DNA of 62,899 bases, the filler included, from Diploschistes diacapsis (Eukaryota), in NCBI GenBank assembly GCA_023645945.1. It is 8 parts of 8 records of this genome, joined end to end, with 100 filler letters (N's around TTAATTAATTAA, not from the genome) between each part and the next. Parts side by side here need not be neighbours in the genome. Positions count along the whole stretch, not along the records: positions 1 to 27,412 come from JALAIB010000162.1; 7 more parts are not named here. One strand, written 5' to 3'. How positions within the stretch are numbered: the first letter of the stretch is position 1; each line of letters begins with the position of its first letter. This document shows, one piece after another, positions 1 to 10,657 of this stretch. Under the pieces are notes generated by a model. The model saw only the letters and a program-made list of their open reading frames with translations, was not told the origin of the DNA and did no database searches. The position numbers and the translations under genes are program-made.

Positions 1-199
1 TAAATAAATAGATGGATAGAATTATCGTTTTCCCGTTCTATTTATAGTAGAGGAAAATAACCTTTAAGATTTTTTATTCATCATGTACCCGGTGTTACCA
101 TGATTGGACTATATACAAAGAGCGGTTGGGAAGTGCCCGACTAACTATGGAGTGCCAAATGAGCTACCACATAGTTACTTGGATCGTAACACCGCTGTA

Positions 200-529
200 T
201 AACGTCGAAAATCCTTTTTTTATTGAAGTCTACGCATGAAACCGCTTATAATGATATATTTAAAAACATATTTTTTGCTGCGTTATAACCGAATTTAAAA
301 AATAAAATAATACGTGTTTTCGAGTCGTTATTTTTAATTCGTTTTAAAAAAATAACTGCTGATATAATTAATATATACTTTTCGTATGTTAGATGATTGA
401 GATAATAGTAATGTTTCGAAAAAAAAATCAAGAATAACGATTAAATTCGAAGAGTTATTAAAGATTTAAAATATTTCTTGGCAAAAGTGGCCGAGCTTTG
501 GGGGTGGCCGAGCTGACCGTCAAACACGT
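200..529 (-). mobile_element. Fot1/pogo-like DNA transposon end, RIP-degraded
   Basis: Minus strand reads TA|ACGTGTTTGACGGTCAGCTCGGCCACCCCCAAAGCTCGGCCAC (TA at 530-531): ACGT start plus internal direct repeat GCTCGGCCAC x2, followed by very AT/TpA-rich sequence. Left boundary approximate. Confidence 0.65.
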
Positions 530-1200
530 TACTCTTCTTGTCATGCAGCCCAAGCTTTGTATCGAACTCCTTTGTAAGCTCCTCTACAATTTCGTCTTCA
601 CCTCCTTCATGCAATATCCCTTCTATGCTCAACTTCATGTCCCGAGGCCTGAGTCCCCGATCCAATGCTCTCCTACCCTCTCGACGCCACACGTCTGCAA
701 AGGATTCTTTCCAATCTTCAATGAATGCTTCTGCTTGGGCTCTCGTCTTGAACCGCTTGTAACAAGCACCAGTGATCTCGTGGATATCTTCCAACGCCCC
801 GGTTTTTCCACTGTATGACATGAGTAATCTCTTAAACAGCTTGCCTTTGGGAAGCCGTACTACCAGACCTCGCGGATGCCAAGATTTGCTCCGTGGGCGA
901 CTGCATAATACGCCATACTGCTCCTTTTCGGTGTGGTGTCTAATACCGCAGCCTTTATGACTTCCTTACATTCAGGGACTTTCTTTTCCTTCATATATTG
1001 GCGGGCTTCCTCAATTGTGAAAAAGCTTCGTGTACAGCAGGGCAGTTCGTTACTCGTGGATGCGCATCTCCCCTATCAGAGTAATTAGCACGATGTGTTC
1101 ATTACCAGTCTCGGGTGGAATACCATGATGAAAAGATTGTGGGCTCATCAACGCGCCCAATGAAGACGGCATAGTACTCTTTGTTCCTTTTCTTGACCAT
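441..1200 (-). pseudogene. Protein with two tandem RNase H1 N-terminal (Cauli_VI/hybrid-binding) domains, no catalytic domain; frameshifted and TE-truncated
   Basis: ATG at 1200. Spliced translation gives MVKKRNKEYYAVFIGRVDEPTIFSSW/GDAHPRVT..TIEEARQY and AYYAVAHGANLGIREVWY/GKTG..ITGACYKRFKTRAQAEAF. Two GT-AG introns; 1-nt frameshift near 1020; the last ~29 codons come from the transposon. Confidence 0.65.
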
Positions 1201-1310
1201 ACTGAAAGGATTCGAGCAGTCCCATAGAGAAGTGAATGATTCACAGCGGGAGTCTGCCTTATGAAGCCGCGCGCTTCACTGTACGCTGACCGTGTAAAAT
1301 ACAGCCTTTT

Positions 1311-1729
1311 ATGGACAAGATGCTTGACTCTTTGCCTGGAGAGCTCTTGCGAGCGGTCTTCAGCCACGTATGTATGTCAAAGCGGTTGGGACGGGGCTGA
1401 TTTTCCCACATATACAAAAGAAGGGTCATCTGTTGGCACTGTCTAGAGTCTCTAGAAAGCTCCGCTCCATTATTTTCCCACATCTGTTTGAAATCTTAAA
1501 AATTAAACCGTATAATAAAATGTTTCTCTGGGACTTTGACTGGTACCGTTATTTCGACCAGGAGATGATTGCAAGGGTGCCGGATGTGCGTACAGCGGTC
1601 AAGGATCTCCGTTTTAGTGCGCCGTTCGAGTATACGGGGTTGGAAGACGTAAGGAGATGCCCGCATTCCTTCACTCCAGAATCGAGTCCATTACACCATT
1701 TACAAGAGGACGATGGTGCAGTCATTTAG
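1311..1729 (+). pseudogene. F-box-like protein, probably truncated
   Basis: ATG 1311: MDKMLDSLPGELLRAVFSH, intron (gtatgt..), then KKGHLLALSRVSRKLRSIIFPHLF, matching the F-box pattern LPxELLxxIF...LxxxSxVSrxxr. Early stop at 1729. Confidence 0.45.
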
Positions 1730-1940
1730 CCATTCTTTCAGGTTAAATACACAGAAGCAGCTGGCTCTTGACAAGTGGAACAAGGTTATCATAAACAGGC
1801 TCTCCGTTTGGCCTCTACCATGTAGCCCAGCGCAACCTTGAAAAGAGCTCTTGGAAACCCCTGCTTCCCGGCAGCTGGCAAGCGTCACCTGTTCACGCCT
1901 ATTCTCTACCCTTTTGTGTCCCGCAGTGTGTGCCCATGAA

Positions 1941-2813
1941 TTAAGACAGGGAACACAGCTCAGACATACGTCTGTGCTTCGCAGACGTTATTGGACGGTA
2001 CTCGTCGTCAAGATATTCCGGTGGTGGAATTGGCATCAGGCCAGCATAGTCCGGATCATCAGCCCACTCCGGAACAAACTGCGTCATTGTGACCCGCCAA
2101 TTGCCCGGAAATCTCTTCCTATCCTCGTAATTGAATCCAGTAAGCATCAGATGCCGCGTCCTCCCACCTTGGTTTTGTTGAAAAAGGTATTTGATTGCAC
2201 GTTCCATGGCAGGATCCATAGAGGGGTAATACAATGAATAGTCCGATGCGCCGATATACTCAGTTGAGATTTTTATCGTCTTGAGTTTCATCAGCCCACT
2301 TCCCAACAAGGCCTTCGCCCAGTCAGAAGAGGTTCCTAAGGTTGATATTCTATCACGCCGACATTGCTCGATTGTACGGTAGTCGAACCATATCGATATA
2401 GATCGGATATAAGCCTTATTGATGGTTCCAATTGCCTCAAGGTAATTATGTATATCCTCCGGTTCTTCAAAATGCATCGTATTCATCGAGTAAAGAATCT
2501 CGTTTGCTTCGGCGCTGAGCTGCCTATTCACTAGGCATAATGCAGGTGTAGGGGGTTTGAAAAAATCCATGTACTGAGGGGATAACTTGGCGTAGGCGGG
2601 GCACATGAGTGCGTAAAGATAAATTTGATTTCGGACCTCTCGCGGAAGTCGAAGGAAAGGGAATGTTAGCTTGTTGCCCTTGTGGCCCACAAGCTCAAGC
2701 TCAAGCTCAAGATGCTCCACTCGGCATTGCAAACGAGACACCTCTTTCTGAAGTTGCAGAACTAGGGATAGAACATCCATATCATCAGGACTTTGTCTAA
2801 AACAAATTGACAT
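1941..2813 (-). CDS. Fungal hypothetical protein with N-terminal coiled coil and F-box-like FPFLRLPREVRNQIY motif
   Basis: Intact 290-aa ORF. Motifs FLRLPREVRNQIY and ALCLVNRQLSAEANEILYSMNTMHF are typical of this widespread ascomycete family. Confidence 0.6.
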   Translation of the reverse strand: MSICFRQSPDDMDVLSLVLQLQKEVSRLQCRVEHLELELELVGHKGNKLTFPFLRLPREVRNQIYLYALMCPAYAKLSPQYMDFFKPPTPALCLVNRQLSAEANEILYSMNTMHFEEPEDIHNYLEAIGTINKAYIRSISIWFDYRTIEQCRRDRISTLGTSSDWAKALLGSGLMKLKTIKISTEYIGASDYSLYYPSMDPAMERAIKYLFQQNQGGRTRHLMLTGFNYEDRKRFPGNWRVTMTQFVPEWADDPDYAGLMPIPPPEYLDDEYRPITSAKHRRMSELCSLS

Positions 2814-3219
2814 GACAAGGTCTTATCTGTTCTTTAGAATCACACGGTGCATAGCAATGGTGAATTTGGAGGATCGAGTAGTTGATTGTCTAAGCGACGG
2901 AGCTCTGCTATTCTAAATTTTCTATAGAGGGAACCGGGAAAATACTAACCATATCCGGTTAGTAGCTGTAGCCCTAACTGCGGGTCGGGGGGGAAGCCTG
3001 CTTTGCAAGCCAGGAGTTCTATTTTCCAACGCTATTCCTTCGATATCACACACCCTAGCCTGTGCAATGATGATCAAGCCTCGTCAATGTACCTCACCTT
3101 AAAAAATGACTAATCCCTTACCTAAGTTATTAGCCAACCTTACTTCACGTAATTCGTCACACACCCTCTCTTATCGACATTAACGACTTCTAGTGCACGA
3201 AAAAGAGTTGATTTGGGAT

Positions 3220-3790
3220 GGCTGGCTGCGCCACGACGTGTTGGCGAGCATATTATGATAAAGACTGTTGAAGAAGCCCTTTCTTATTAAAGACTCATGG
3301 CAGTATGAATGAATACAAGAGGGAGAGCTGATCAAAGAGGCAATGGATAGAGGCGTGAGGAATATCGCACGATACTATCATCATGAAATGGTTCAGATTG
3401 ACGGAAAGAACGATGATACTATCGACAATGTGCGAAGAGGGTCCATGAGAACATTCATTCGAACGAGATTTAGGCAGAGACCTCTTCTAGATCTGCATTA
3501 ACTGGAAAAGGCTGAGTTAGGAGAAAAGAAAAGTTAAGGAGTTTTGAGGACTGGAATACTATATCAATCAAGGAGCTTGTGAAGTTAAAGATGGGGCTGA
3601 TGTCTGAGGAAGACGGGTCTAACAAAAAAATAAATAAATATTTCTCAGAATACTAAAGCCGCTGATTCCTTGTGCGCAAGCGCTACGAAAATTCGTCTTT
3701 CTGGAGGGAAAACGGAGGCTGAGTGAAGGTATGAAGCCCTATGCCCAGATGAATGCGCTACTCCGGAAGGCAAGACTGGATGTGAGATAA
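3220..3790 (+). pseudogene. Fungal-type (FunK1, Pkinase_fungal) protein kinase relic with catalytic core deleted
   Basis: Not in the ORF track. Fragments AGCATTCWRAY..KPFLIKDSWQYE*IQEGELIKEAMDRGVRNIARYYHHEMVQIDGKNDDTIDNVRRG jump directly to C-terminal LF*ICI..KVKEFEDWN..ELVKLKMG..PLIPCAQALRKFVF. Stops and frameshifts throughout. Confidence 0.7.
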
Positions 3791-3880
3791 TAGCTATAAT
3801 ATTATACTAAGAGAAAAAGGAACTTGATGGCCGGAGACAAGTATTGAACACTCTTCCCTTGGTTATGTGATACCGGCATA

Positions 3881-4759
3881 CTATGGCTTAATGAAATTGC
3901 CTCGAAAGAGAATGAAAGGTGTCAATTCCTCGCCATTAAGAGCTTCTAAAGCGTATTGACAGTCCTTCTCCTTTGCCCAATCCGTCGCAGTGCGTCCCGG
4001 CATATCCCTGATTGTGGTATTTGCGCCCCCGTCTAGTAAGAGCTTTGTTAACCTCCCGTAGTTCCGTCGGGTAGTATAGTGTAGCGGCGTGCATCCCTGC
4101 TTGTCTATCAAGTTCATTCCTGCTCCTCTGTTAATTAGTAAGCTGGCTATCTGTTTATCACGCCGTTCTACCGCTATGTGTAATGCGGATTTCCCTTCGC
4201 GATCCCGAGCTGATAACTCAGATCCATTGTCTAAAAGTAACGCTACCGTATCCGTCGACCTGTTCTCCACGGCCAAATGAAGCAACGTTTGGCCCCATTC
4301 AGGTATGCTGGACAGGGCCGCCCCGCATGAAAGAAGCTCCGCTATGGTCTTGGGATGGCCCCCTTTCGATGCCCAATATAACGCTGTCCGCTGATATCGA
4401 TCCTGCTCCGACACGGAAGTTCCATGTACCAAAAGCGAGCTTACTATCTCTTGATGGCCTGCCTTCGCTGCTGCCAGCAGCGGGGTCCAGTCAGCAAAGC
4501 CGCGGGGGGAGGGCTGGATGCCTTATTGAAGTAAGCTCATGATTTTGTTTAGATCGCCATCGGGCGCAGCACATTCAAGAATAATTTCGTCGTCTATATT
4601 TAATATAGACTCTCGGCAGATCGGGCAGCTATTAGTCTCGAATACAGCTTTTGTCAGACAGGCTTTATATGTCCAATGTGGATATTCGCACCGTAATCTT
4701 ACGGCGTTTTATTTAATCTCCCAGCTCTCTATATTAAGGTAACATGGTTCCGTAGCCAT
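3881..4759 (-). pseudogene. RING-finger plus ankyrin-repeat protein with in-frame stops
   Basis: One frame from ATG 4759: MATEPCYLN..K*NAVRLRCEYPHWTYKACLTKAVFETNSCPICRE..LLQ*GIQ..DWTPLLAAAKAGHQEIV, then about five ankyrin repeats (ORF 3881..4432). TAA stops at 4709-4711 and 4523-4525. Confidence 0.75.
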
Positions 4760-5050
4760 GTCTTTATCGACGGTTTTCTAATATAGGGTAGTGTGAAGTA
4801 ATGTAGTGATAGTATCCCTATATACTCCTCGCAATGTACGAGGGTTAAAGATCATCGCTGCCATTTTAATAAAAGATTCGAAGTTAACCTGCAAGTGATC
4901 GATAGCTGGGCAAAGACCCGGGGCACCTGAGGCCTATTACTTGTAGAGTAGGTAGGTATGATGGCTCGATCAAAGTATGTTTGTTGTGGCTACGTTAGTC
5001 ATCCAATCGTCCCATCGTCCAATCAAGTGGGGTGCTCGTAGACTCACTTA

Positions 5051-5244
5051 ACGTCTTTCCCCAGGAAACGGAACACCCCACGAAGCGGAACACAATCCCT
5101 GCACCTTCGTAAAATGTATTTCTTAACATTTTCACCTTTCGTACAAATAATTCCACGTGTGGTTGTGGGGCTCAAAAAACTCGCTTAAAACTATCTAGCG
5201 TAATTACATTATAATGTAGTGTTCCGCTTCGTGGGGAAAGACGG
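5051..5244. mobile_element. 194-bp MITE-like non-autonomous Tc1/mariner (pogo/Fot1-type) element
   Basis: TA flanks at 5049-5050 and 5245-5246. ~26-bp imperfect TIRs: ACGTCTTTCCCCAGGAAACGGAACAC and GTGTTCCGCTTCGTGGGGAAAGACGG. Motif CCCCA(G/C)GAA(A/G)CGGAACAC duplicated at the left end. Confidence 0.7.
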
Positions 5245-5373
5245 TACCTCCTACAATAATAACACATTATTATTGTATGCAAGCCATTCATTTCACTAGT
5301 TATTATTGCCTACTTAGTCACCTTACTTCCACTTTCAACAACAATAAATACGAAAACAAAAGATACGAAAAAT

Positions 5374-5455
5374 AGTAGATTTAAAAGCAGTAGGTTTAGA
5401 ACCAGTAGATTCGAAAGTAGTAGGTTTTAAAGCAGTAGGTTTAAAAGCAGTAGAT
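5374..5455. repeat. Degenerate 15-bp tandem repeat (AGTAGRTTTAAAAGC-like, ~5.5 copies)
   Basis: Units start at 5374, 5389, 5404, 5419, 5434 and 5449. Confidence 0.75.
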
Positions 5456-5751
5456 GCAAAAAAGATGCTACGTAATAATTCAGTTCAGTTCAACCAACCA
5501 ATATCCTTGACCGCGACTTTTCGGAGTTAATTTCTTATCTAGGGATTTTTCTGCGCCCATAAAGACACTAATCTGCAACTACAAGTCCTGCGCTTCGCTT
5601 AGGAATAAAAATCGGGTTGTATCTTCCTATTTAATGCTTACGGTAAACTCGAAAGCTGACCCCCCTTAACCAACCCTTACTCTGAGGCCTAGTTTCCGCG
5701 ATTGGAAGCGTCTACCGGCCTCTATTGGCGACAAGATGGAAAATCTGTGGC

Positions 5752-7748
5752 CTACGGAACTATGATTCTGATCCCCTTGGTTGTTAACTTGGGCAGCGGG
5801 ATCAAGAAGTCATGGGCCTGCTGAACGTCGCTCTCGTCTGTTTCAAACAGCTCAAACTTCGGTCCACCGGGCCGATATAGGACCGCAAGAGCGAGACTCA
5901 TTTCGGCTTGTGCTAGGCTGCCGCAACTAATGTCAGCACTATTGCATACCGGCCGCAGAAAGCTCGCTCTTTGACTTACTTCATTCCGAGGCAGTTGCGG
6001 GAGCCACGGCAGAAAGGTACCCAGTTGCGAATCACCTCAGGCGTGACGTTTCGCAGCCAGCGCTCTGGAAGGAACTTTCTAGGTTCAGAGTAGATGTTGC
6101 CATCCGAGTGTTAGAAGTATGCTGACATACCCACCGGTACCTACGCGCTGTGAGTAGAAGTCGGAGCTCGAGCCGCTGGGTCCTTACACCTGGAGGAATG
6201 GTCCACTCTTTATATTGAAGCGGAACGTCTGGTAGGACGCGTGACAGACGGTGCATGACCCCGTAGCTCAGTCTGGATGCAAGCATGGCGAATCAGTCTT
6301 CTGCGGTTTCGTGATAATAAACTGACATTCTTACCTAAACGCTTCCTTGATCAAAGCCTGCAAATAAGGAAGCCTCTCAAGCTCGACCCAAGTCGGTACT
6401 GCCTCCGGATATTGAGACATGAGCTCGGCGAGCTCTTCTCTTAGTTGTCCTCGGATGTCTGGATTTGCAAGAATGTAGTAGGAAACGAAACCAAGGGTTC
6501 GAGCAGTGCTGGCAGTTTCGCCGCCCATTAAAACCTGGGCTTCTTTCGCTAGTCGTTCATCCGACGATTCTGATTCCGGCATCTCACTATTCACGATATG
6601 ATCAAACAACGACAAACAATTCCCTTTAATTAGGCCCTGTTTCTCGTTATCTAGCTTTGTACGTTTTGCCTTGGCCACTTGTTCCAATGCAATCTGCTAT
6701 GCTTAGTGCTAGTCGAATTGCTGCTGGAGTAACCTACTTCTTTGGACCTGTTGGAAACCTGCCCGCTCGGAAATGCCCAAAGAATCAAGGACTCTGGTAT
6801 ACAGCTCGCAATTCTGCTTTTAGTCAGACAAGAACCTTTATCAACGACCTAGCATGGAACATGCTTACTGGACAAGCTGCGGGAAGCCTGTGAAAAGAGG
6901 CATTGATCGGACGATTGTGTGAATCAAATCGTACCTATCGACATGGTTAGATGCATAACATGTGGTTATTCACTTGCCAACATACCATTCTGGTGCAAGA
7001 TTAGGATCGTCTAAGAACTCCTTTTGATTCTCCCAGCATATACGTCCAATGATGTCGCCCGAAAATTCTGAAAAGGCATGATCTAGGCGCACCACACTCC
7101 CTGTCCCTTTCAAAGCCTCTGGACGACTAGCAAGTTCTCTGCCACTTCAGCGAGAACAGGCTGAAGACTGATGATTCCTTTGCGTGAGAAAAAGGGCTCA
7201 AGAGGCTTTCTCCTGAGCCTATGAAGATCATGGCCCGTTGTCAGTAGGTGAGATCCTTGAGAGTCGGCAATTTCCCAAGCCAATTAATGATGATCCACCA
7301 TGGAAATCGATGCCTTTGCAGAAGATATCGTAATTATCGTGCGCCGCTTGCTTTCTGCAACATAAACTTCGCTATATGCTTCGGGATCATTTATCGAAAG
7401 CTCTTCCGGAGTCACTCGGACAATGGGTCCTAGAAACCTCATGTAAGATTCTCAGGGTTTTCTTCAAGCTCAGACATATGCTACAAAAAGGGCCACAGTT
7501 GGAAGGGTAATTTACGAACCATATCTCTTATGCAGCTCTTCAATCTTGAATATGTATTTTCCATTGAGCCACCAGTCATAATAATACTCATACCACCCGG
7601 TAACAACCGCCAGCTTTGGACCAAGAAAATTCGACAATGGAGAGAAATACAGGCAATAAAATGACCAGAAAACTACTACAGCCAACGCAGACTGCAAATG
7701 CTCCAACCAGCGCAAAAGCCGAGAGACTTCCGTCTATGAGAAAGACAT
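5752..7748 (-). pseudogene. Cytochrome P450 (trichodiene oxygenase/TRI4-like group) pseudogene
   Basis: GPKLAVVTGWYEYYYD, GPIVRVTPEELSIND, GGETASTA, IKEAFR, PERWL and heme motif FCRGSRNCLG are present. TAG at codon 5 (7734-7736), frameshifts near 7340 and 7135, and TAA near 6112. Confidence 0.85.
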
Positions 7749-8263
7749 CAAAAGCTGATTTAAGTTGTACTATGTCGATAGAGAGAAGTGCTTGAGAAAA
7801 GACATGATCAAGGAAACCTGGTACTACGCTCCATTCCGAATGCTTACCGAACAGCTTCCCTTTGCGAGCTTCACATGAGTGGCTCGTAGGAGTCAGCGCT
7901 AGATGTCGCTAGACCCGCCTTCTGAAAAGATCTCCAGCCGGGTCGGATCGGCGCCCCTCTGATCTATGCCTGATACGGACTACCTCCGAGAGGGATTTGA
8001 ACACGCCAAGTACAATCACTCTGCAGCTCGTTATAGGCTGCTTTAAAAGATAGGTCCATACTAGAGCAGGCGTAAGATAGATAATTATCAACTTACCAAA
8101 CCCCCGCGTCTGGTCAGGAAGGGAAGCATGCAACTCATCGGCTCTAGCAACTAGTATATTATATAATGGTCCTCTTTAATGGGCCTGTAAAGCAGGCGGT
8201 GCATATTTCGCTTACACAGCGTAAAAAAGCGAGTGAGCCCTACCCACTTCCTATTAGGCTATT

Positions 8264-9498
8264 ATGGACTTTATCTACCCGGATGTGGTTGACCCGAGAG
8301 CCTACGACTCCGACGGTCTCTGCAGAGGCATTGCCTTGAGGAGACATCGCGATGTCAAAAGCGAAGAGCGGGGAGCTCTTCATGCTCAGGAGGACTGGAG
8401 CAGGCTGGTCGAGCCGGTACACTTCTACAATGGTGGTCTGGGTCATCGTTATAGTTTTATGTGTCTGACCCTACCCGAATGTCTTCCCGAGAGGCTTGAG
8501 ATTATGTCTTATGCCAATGAGTACTCCTTTCTGTATGACGGTACGTGGTAATGCTCCGTTTGAAAGGGAACGGGAAGCACTAACGTATTAGATGTAACGG
8601 AGCGAATTGATTCCGCCAAGGTATGCAGTCCTCTGCCAGCGGACCAAGTTCCCAGCTTTACTAGAAGAACAGCATGAAGGAGCAACGACTCGACTTCTCG
8701 AGGTGTTCAACGCAAAATCCCAAGCTCCAGTTTTCAGTGCTGCGGAAGCTGGGGCGAAGCAAATCCAGGAACAAATTTTCGCCCGTATGAAGGTAATTGA
8801 TAAGGAACGAGCTGCAATCTCCATGAAGGCCTGGTCAATCTTCATCCAACAATCCTCGAGCCGGCAAAGGACTGAACCATTTGCAAGCTTGGAAGAATAT
8901 CTGCCCTATAGAATCATGGATGGCGGAGAGATGTAGCCATCCCGCGGTCTAAAAGACAATTTGACCTGCTTGTTCTGACAGGATCTGGTTTGGCATAGTT
9001 ACTTTCGGCATGGCCCTTACGATTCATGAGAATGAAATGGACTTGATGAAAAAGCTAACCAGACCCGCGTTCGCTGCCATCAGTCCAACGAATGACCTCT
9101 ACTCCTGGAAGAAGGAGTATGCGGAAGCTCAGAGGGATGGTATGCCTCGTGTCGTGAATGCAATCTGGGTCCTGATGGGAGAACTCTCGATCTCGGAGGC
9201 CGAGGCCATGGAAGTATGCGGAAAGAAAATAAAAGATAGTTTGGTCGAGTTTCAAGGCATTCTGAAGACTGTAAGCGACGACAGTGGAATTTCTCTGGAT
9301 CTGAGGAAATACGTAGAAGCCCTCCAATACAGCCATAGTGGAAACGTCATCTGGAGTATCTATTGCCCAAGATACGGCTACCGGGACGATGCCGTCTGGA
9401 GTGGGCAGCCTCAGCTTTCTCGGAGTTTTGAAGACATTGGTCAGAACGCTACCACGCTCGCAGGGAAAACAGTGGCAGTGGATGAACCGAAAGTTTAG
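8264..9498 (+). CDS. Class I terpene cyclase, fusicoccadiene/ophiobolin-synthase N-terminal (cyclase) type, without prenyltransferase domain; ~360 aa
   Basis: Exons 8264-8540, 8592-8620, 8673-8932 and 8982-9498 splice in frame (1083 nt). Motifs PECLPERLEIMSYANE, DDVTE (DDxxE), YRIMD, NDLYSWKKE (NSE) and WSIYCPRY. Confidence 0.88.
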
Positions 9499-9616
9499 TG
9501 ATAGACTGACAGCATTGGAATCAATAGAATTTGGAAAAGTCCTGATGGCTAGCAATCGATTGTACAACTAGACTCTTCATAACACTACCGAGAATGCCTG
9601 GTTCATGTAATGCAGT

Positions 9617-10410
9617 TCAGCGAAAGTCGGCTACTTGCTGCATGCACCAAACCTGAAAATCTTGAGCATGTCCTGTCCCGTCCTCCTGCTTAGGCCTCAT
9701 TGCCTGCAAAAGATCTTTCCGCGGAGAAGGATGCAGTCGGCCCCAAGGAATAATATAACTACCATTTTCCTTTTCTGTCAGCTCGGGGGAAAGACCAGCC
9801 CAAAGCCCCGTGTAAGCTCCCAGCTTGGCATCGTGCAACAGAGGCGATGATGCGATCCTCATGAAGCTGCTGGCGTGCCTCAGTAGGTTCGTTTTGAGCT
9901 GGCCTGGATTCTGCGTAACGCTGATGATACCCGAGGCGCCGCTGTTCCTTGCGAGCTCGCTTGCTAAGAACCAGTTGCCCGTCTTCGATGCGACATAGTT
10001 CCTGGTTTGGTCTGTCGAAGGCGAGATGACGTCCTCGAGTTTGATGCCTCCCTTGGGCGCTGACATGTCCACCATCAGCGAGCTCGTCCAGACGAGGCGG
10101 GGAGGATCGTGCTCGCCACCCTGAGCTGCGGCATGCAAACAAGGTAGCAACAGTTGGGTCAGCAGAAATGGCCCGAGACAGTTTGTTGCGAGCTGAAGCT
10201 CATGCCCCTGCTTGGATACGCTGCCAGGTGGAGGCAAAGAGACGCCGGCGTTGTTCCACAAAACATCGAGCTTGGGTTCCCTGCTCTTGAAAAACTCGAC
10301 CGCTGGTTTGATGGTCGCAAGATCTTGCAGGTCCAAGGCGAGGTACTCGAGCTGACCCGCTTATGAGCACTCGAGGTAGAAGATTTGATGGATTTGATAG
10401 CTTGCTCAGC
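9617..10410 (-). pseudogene. Short-chain dehydrogenase/reductase (retinol-DH/WWOX-like), N-terminally truncated
   Basis: LDVLWNNAG, GHELQLATNCLGPF, YVASK and YIIPWGR are present. Frameshift near 10360; no upstream TGxxxGIG NAD(P)-binding motif found. Confidence 0.75.
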
Positions 10411-10657
10411 TTCATATCTTGCAGCTCAGCCAGCACCTCATAAGGAAGATAGGTAACGTCATTATTCAACCATGTCCGACGACATGGTGAGAGTTAATTA
10501 GCGAAGCCTGGCGAGAAGCGGTCTAAGCATCTTCCGCGGCAAGAACGGTGTGGGCCATCTTCGAGCTTAAGTGTTCTGACGCTCAGGCGATTGTTTGCAA
10601 AGATGGCAGACTTGCTTTCTTATCCCCAGCGTAAGACATCTGAAGTCACTGCCCAAT

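Noticed and set aside
93..191. TGTTAC...GTAACA-bounded 99-bp segment resembling a solo LTR
   Set aside because: Very short, and the flanks (CCCGG/CCGCT) do not form a clean target-site duplication.
5374..5455. Regular short repeats as a CRISPR-like array
   Set aside because: Head-to-tail 15-mers without spacers, in eukaryotic DNA with no cas genes.
9498..9617. Downstream prenyltransferase exons that would make the cyclase bifunctional
   Set aside because: The convergent SDR ends ~120 bp after the stop, leaving no room, and no GGPPS motifs are seen.
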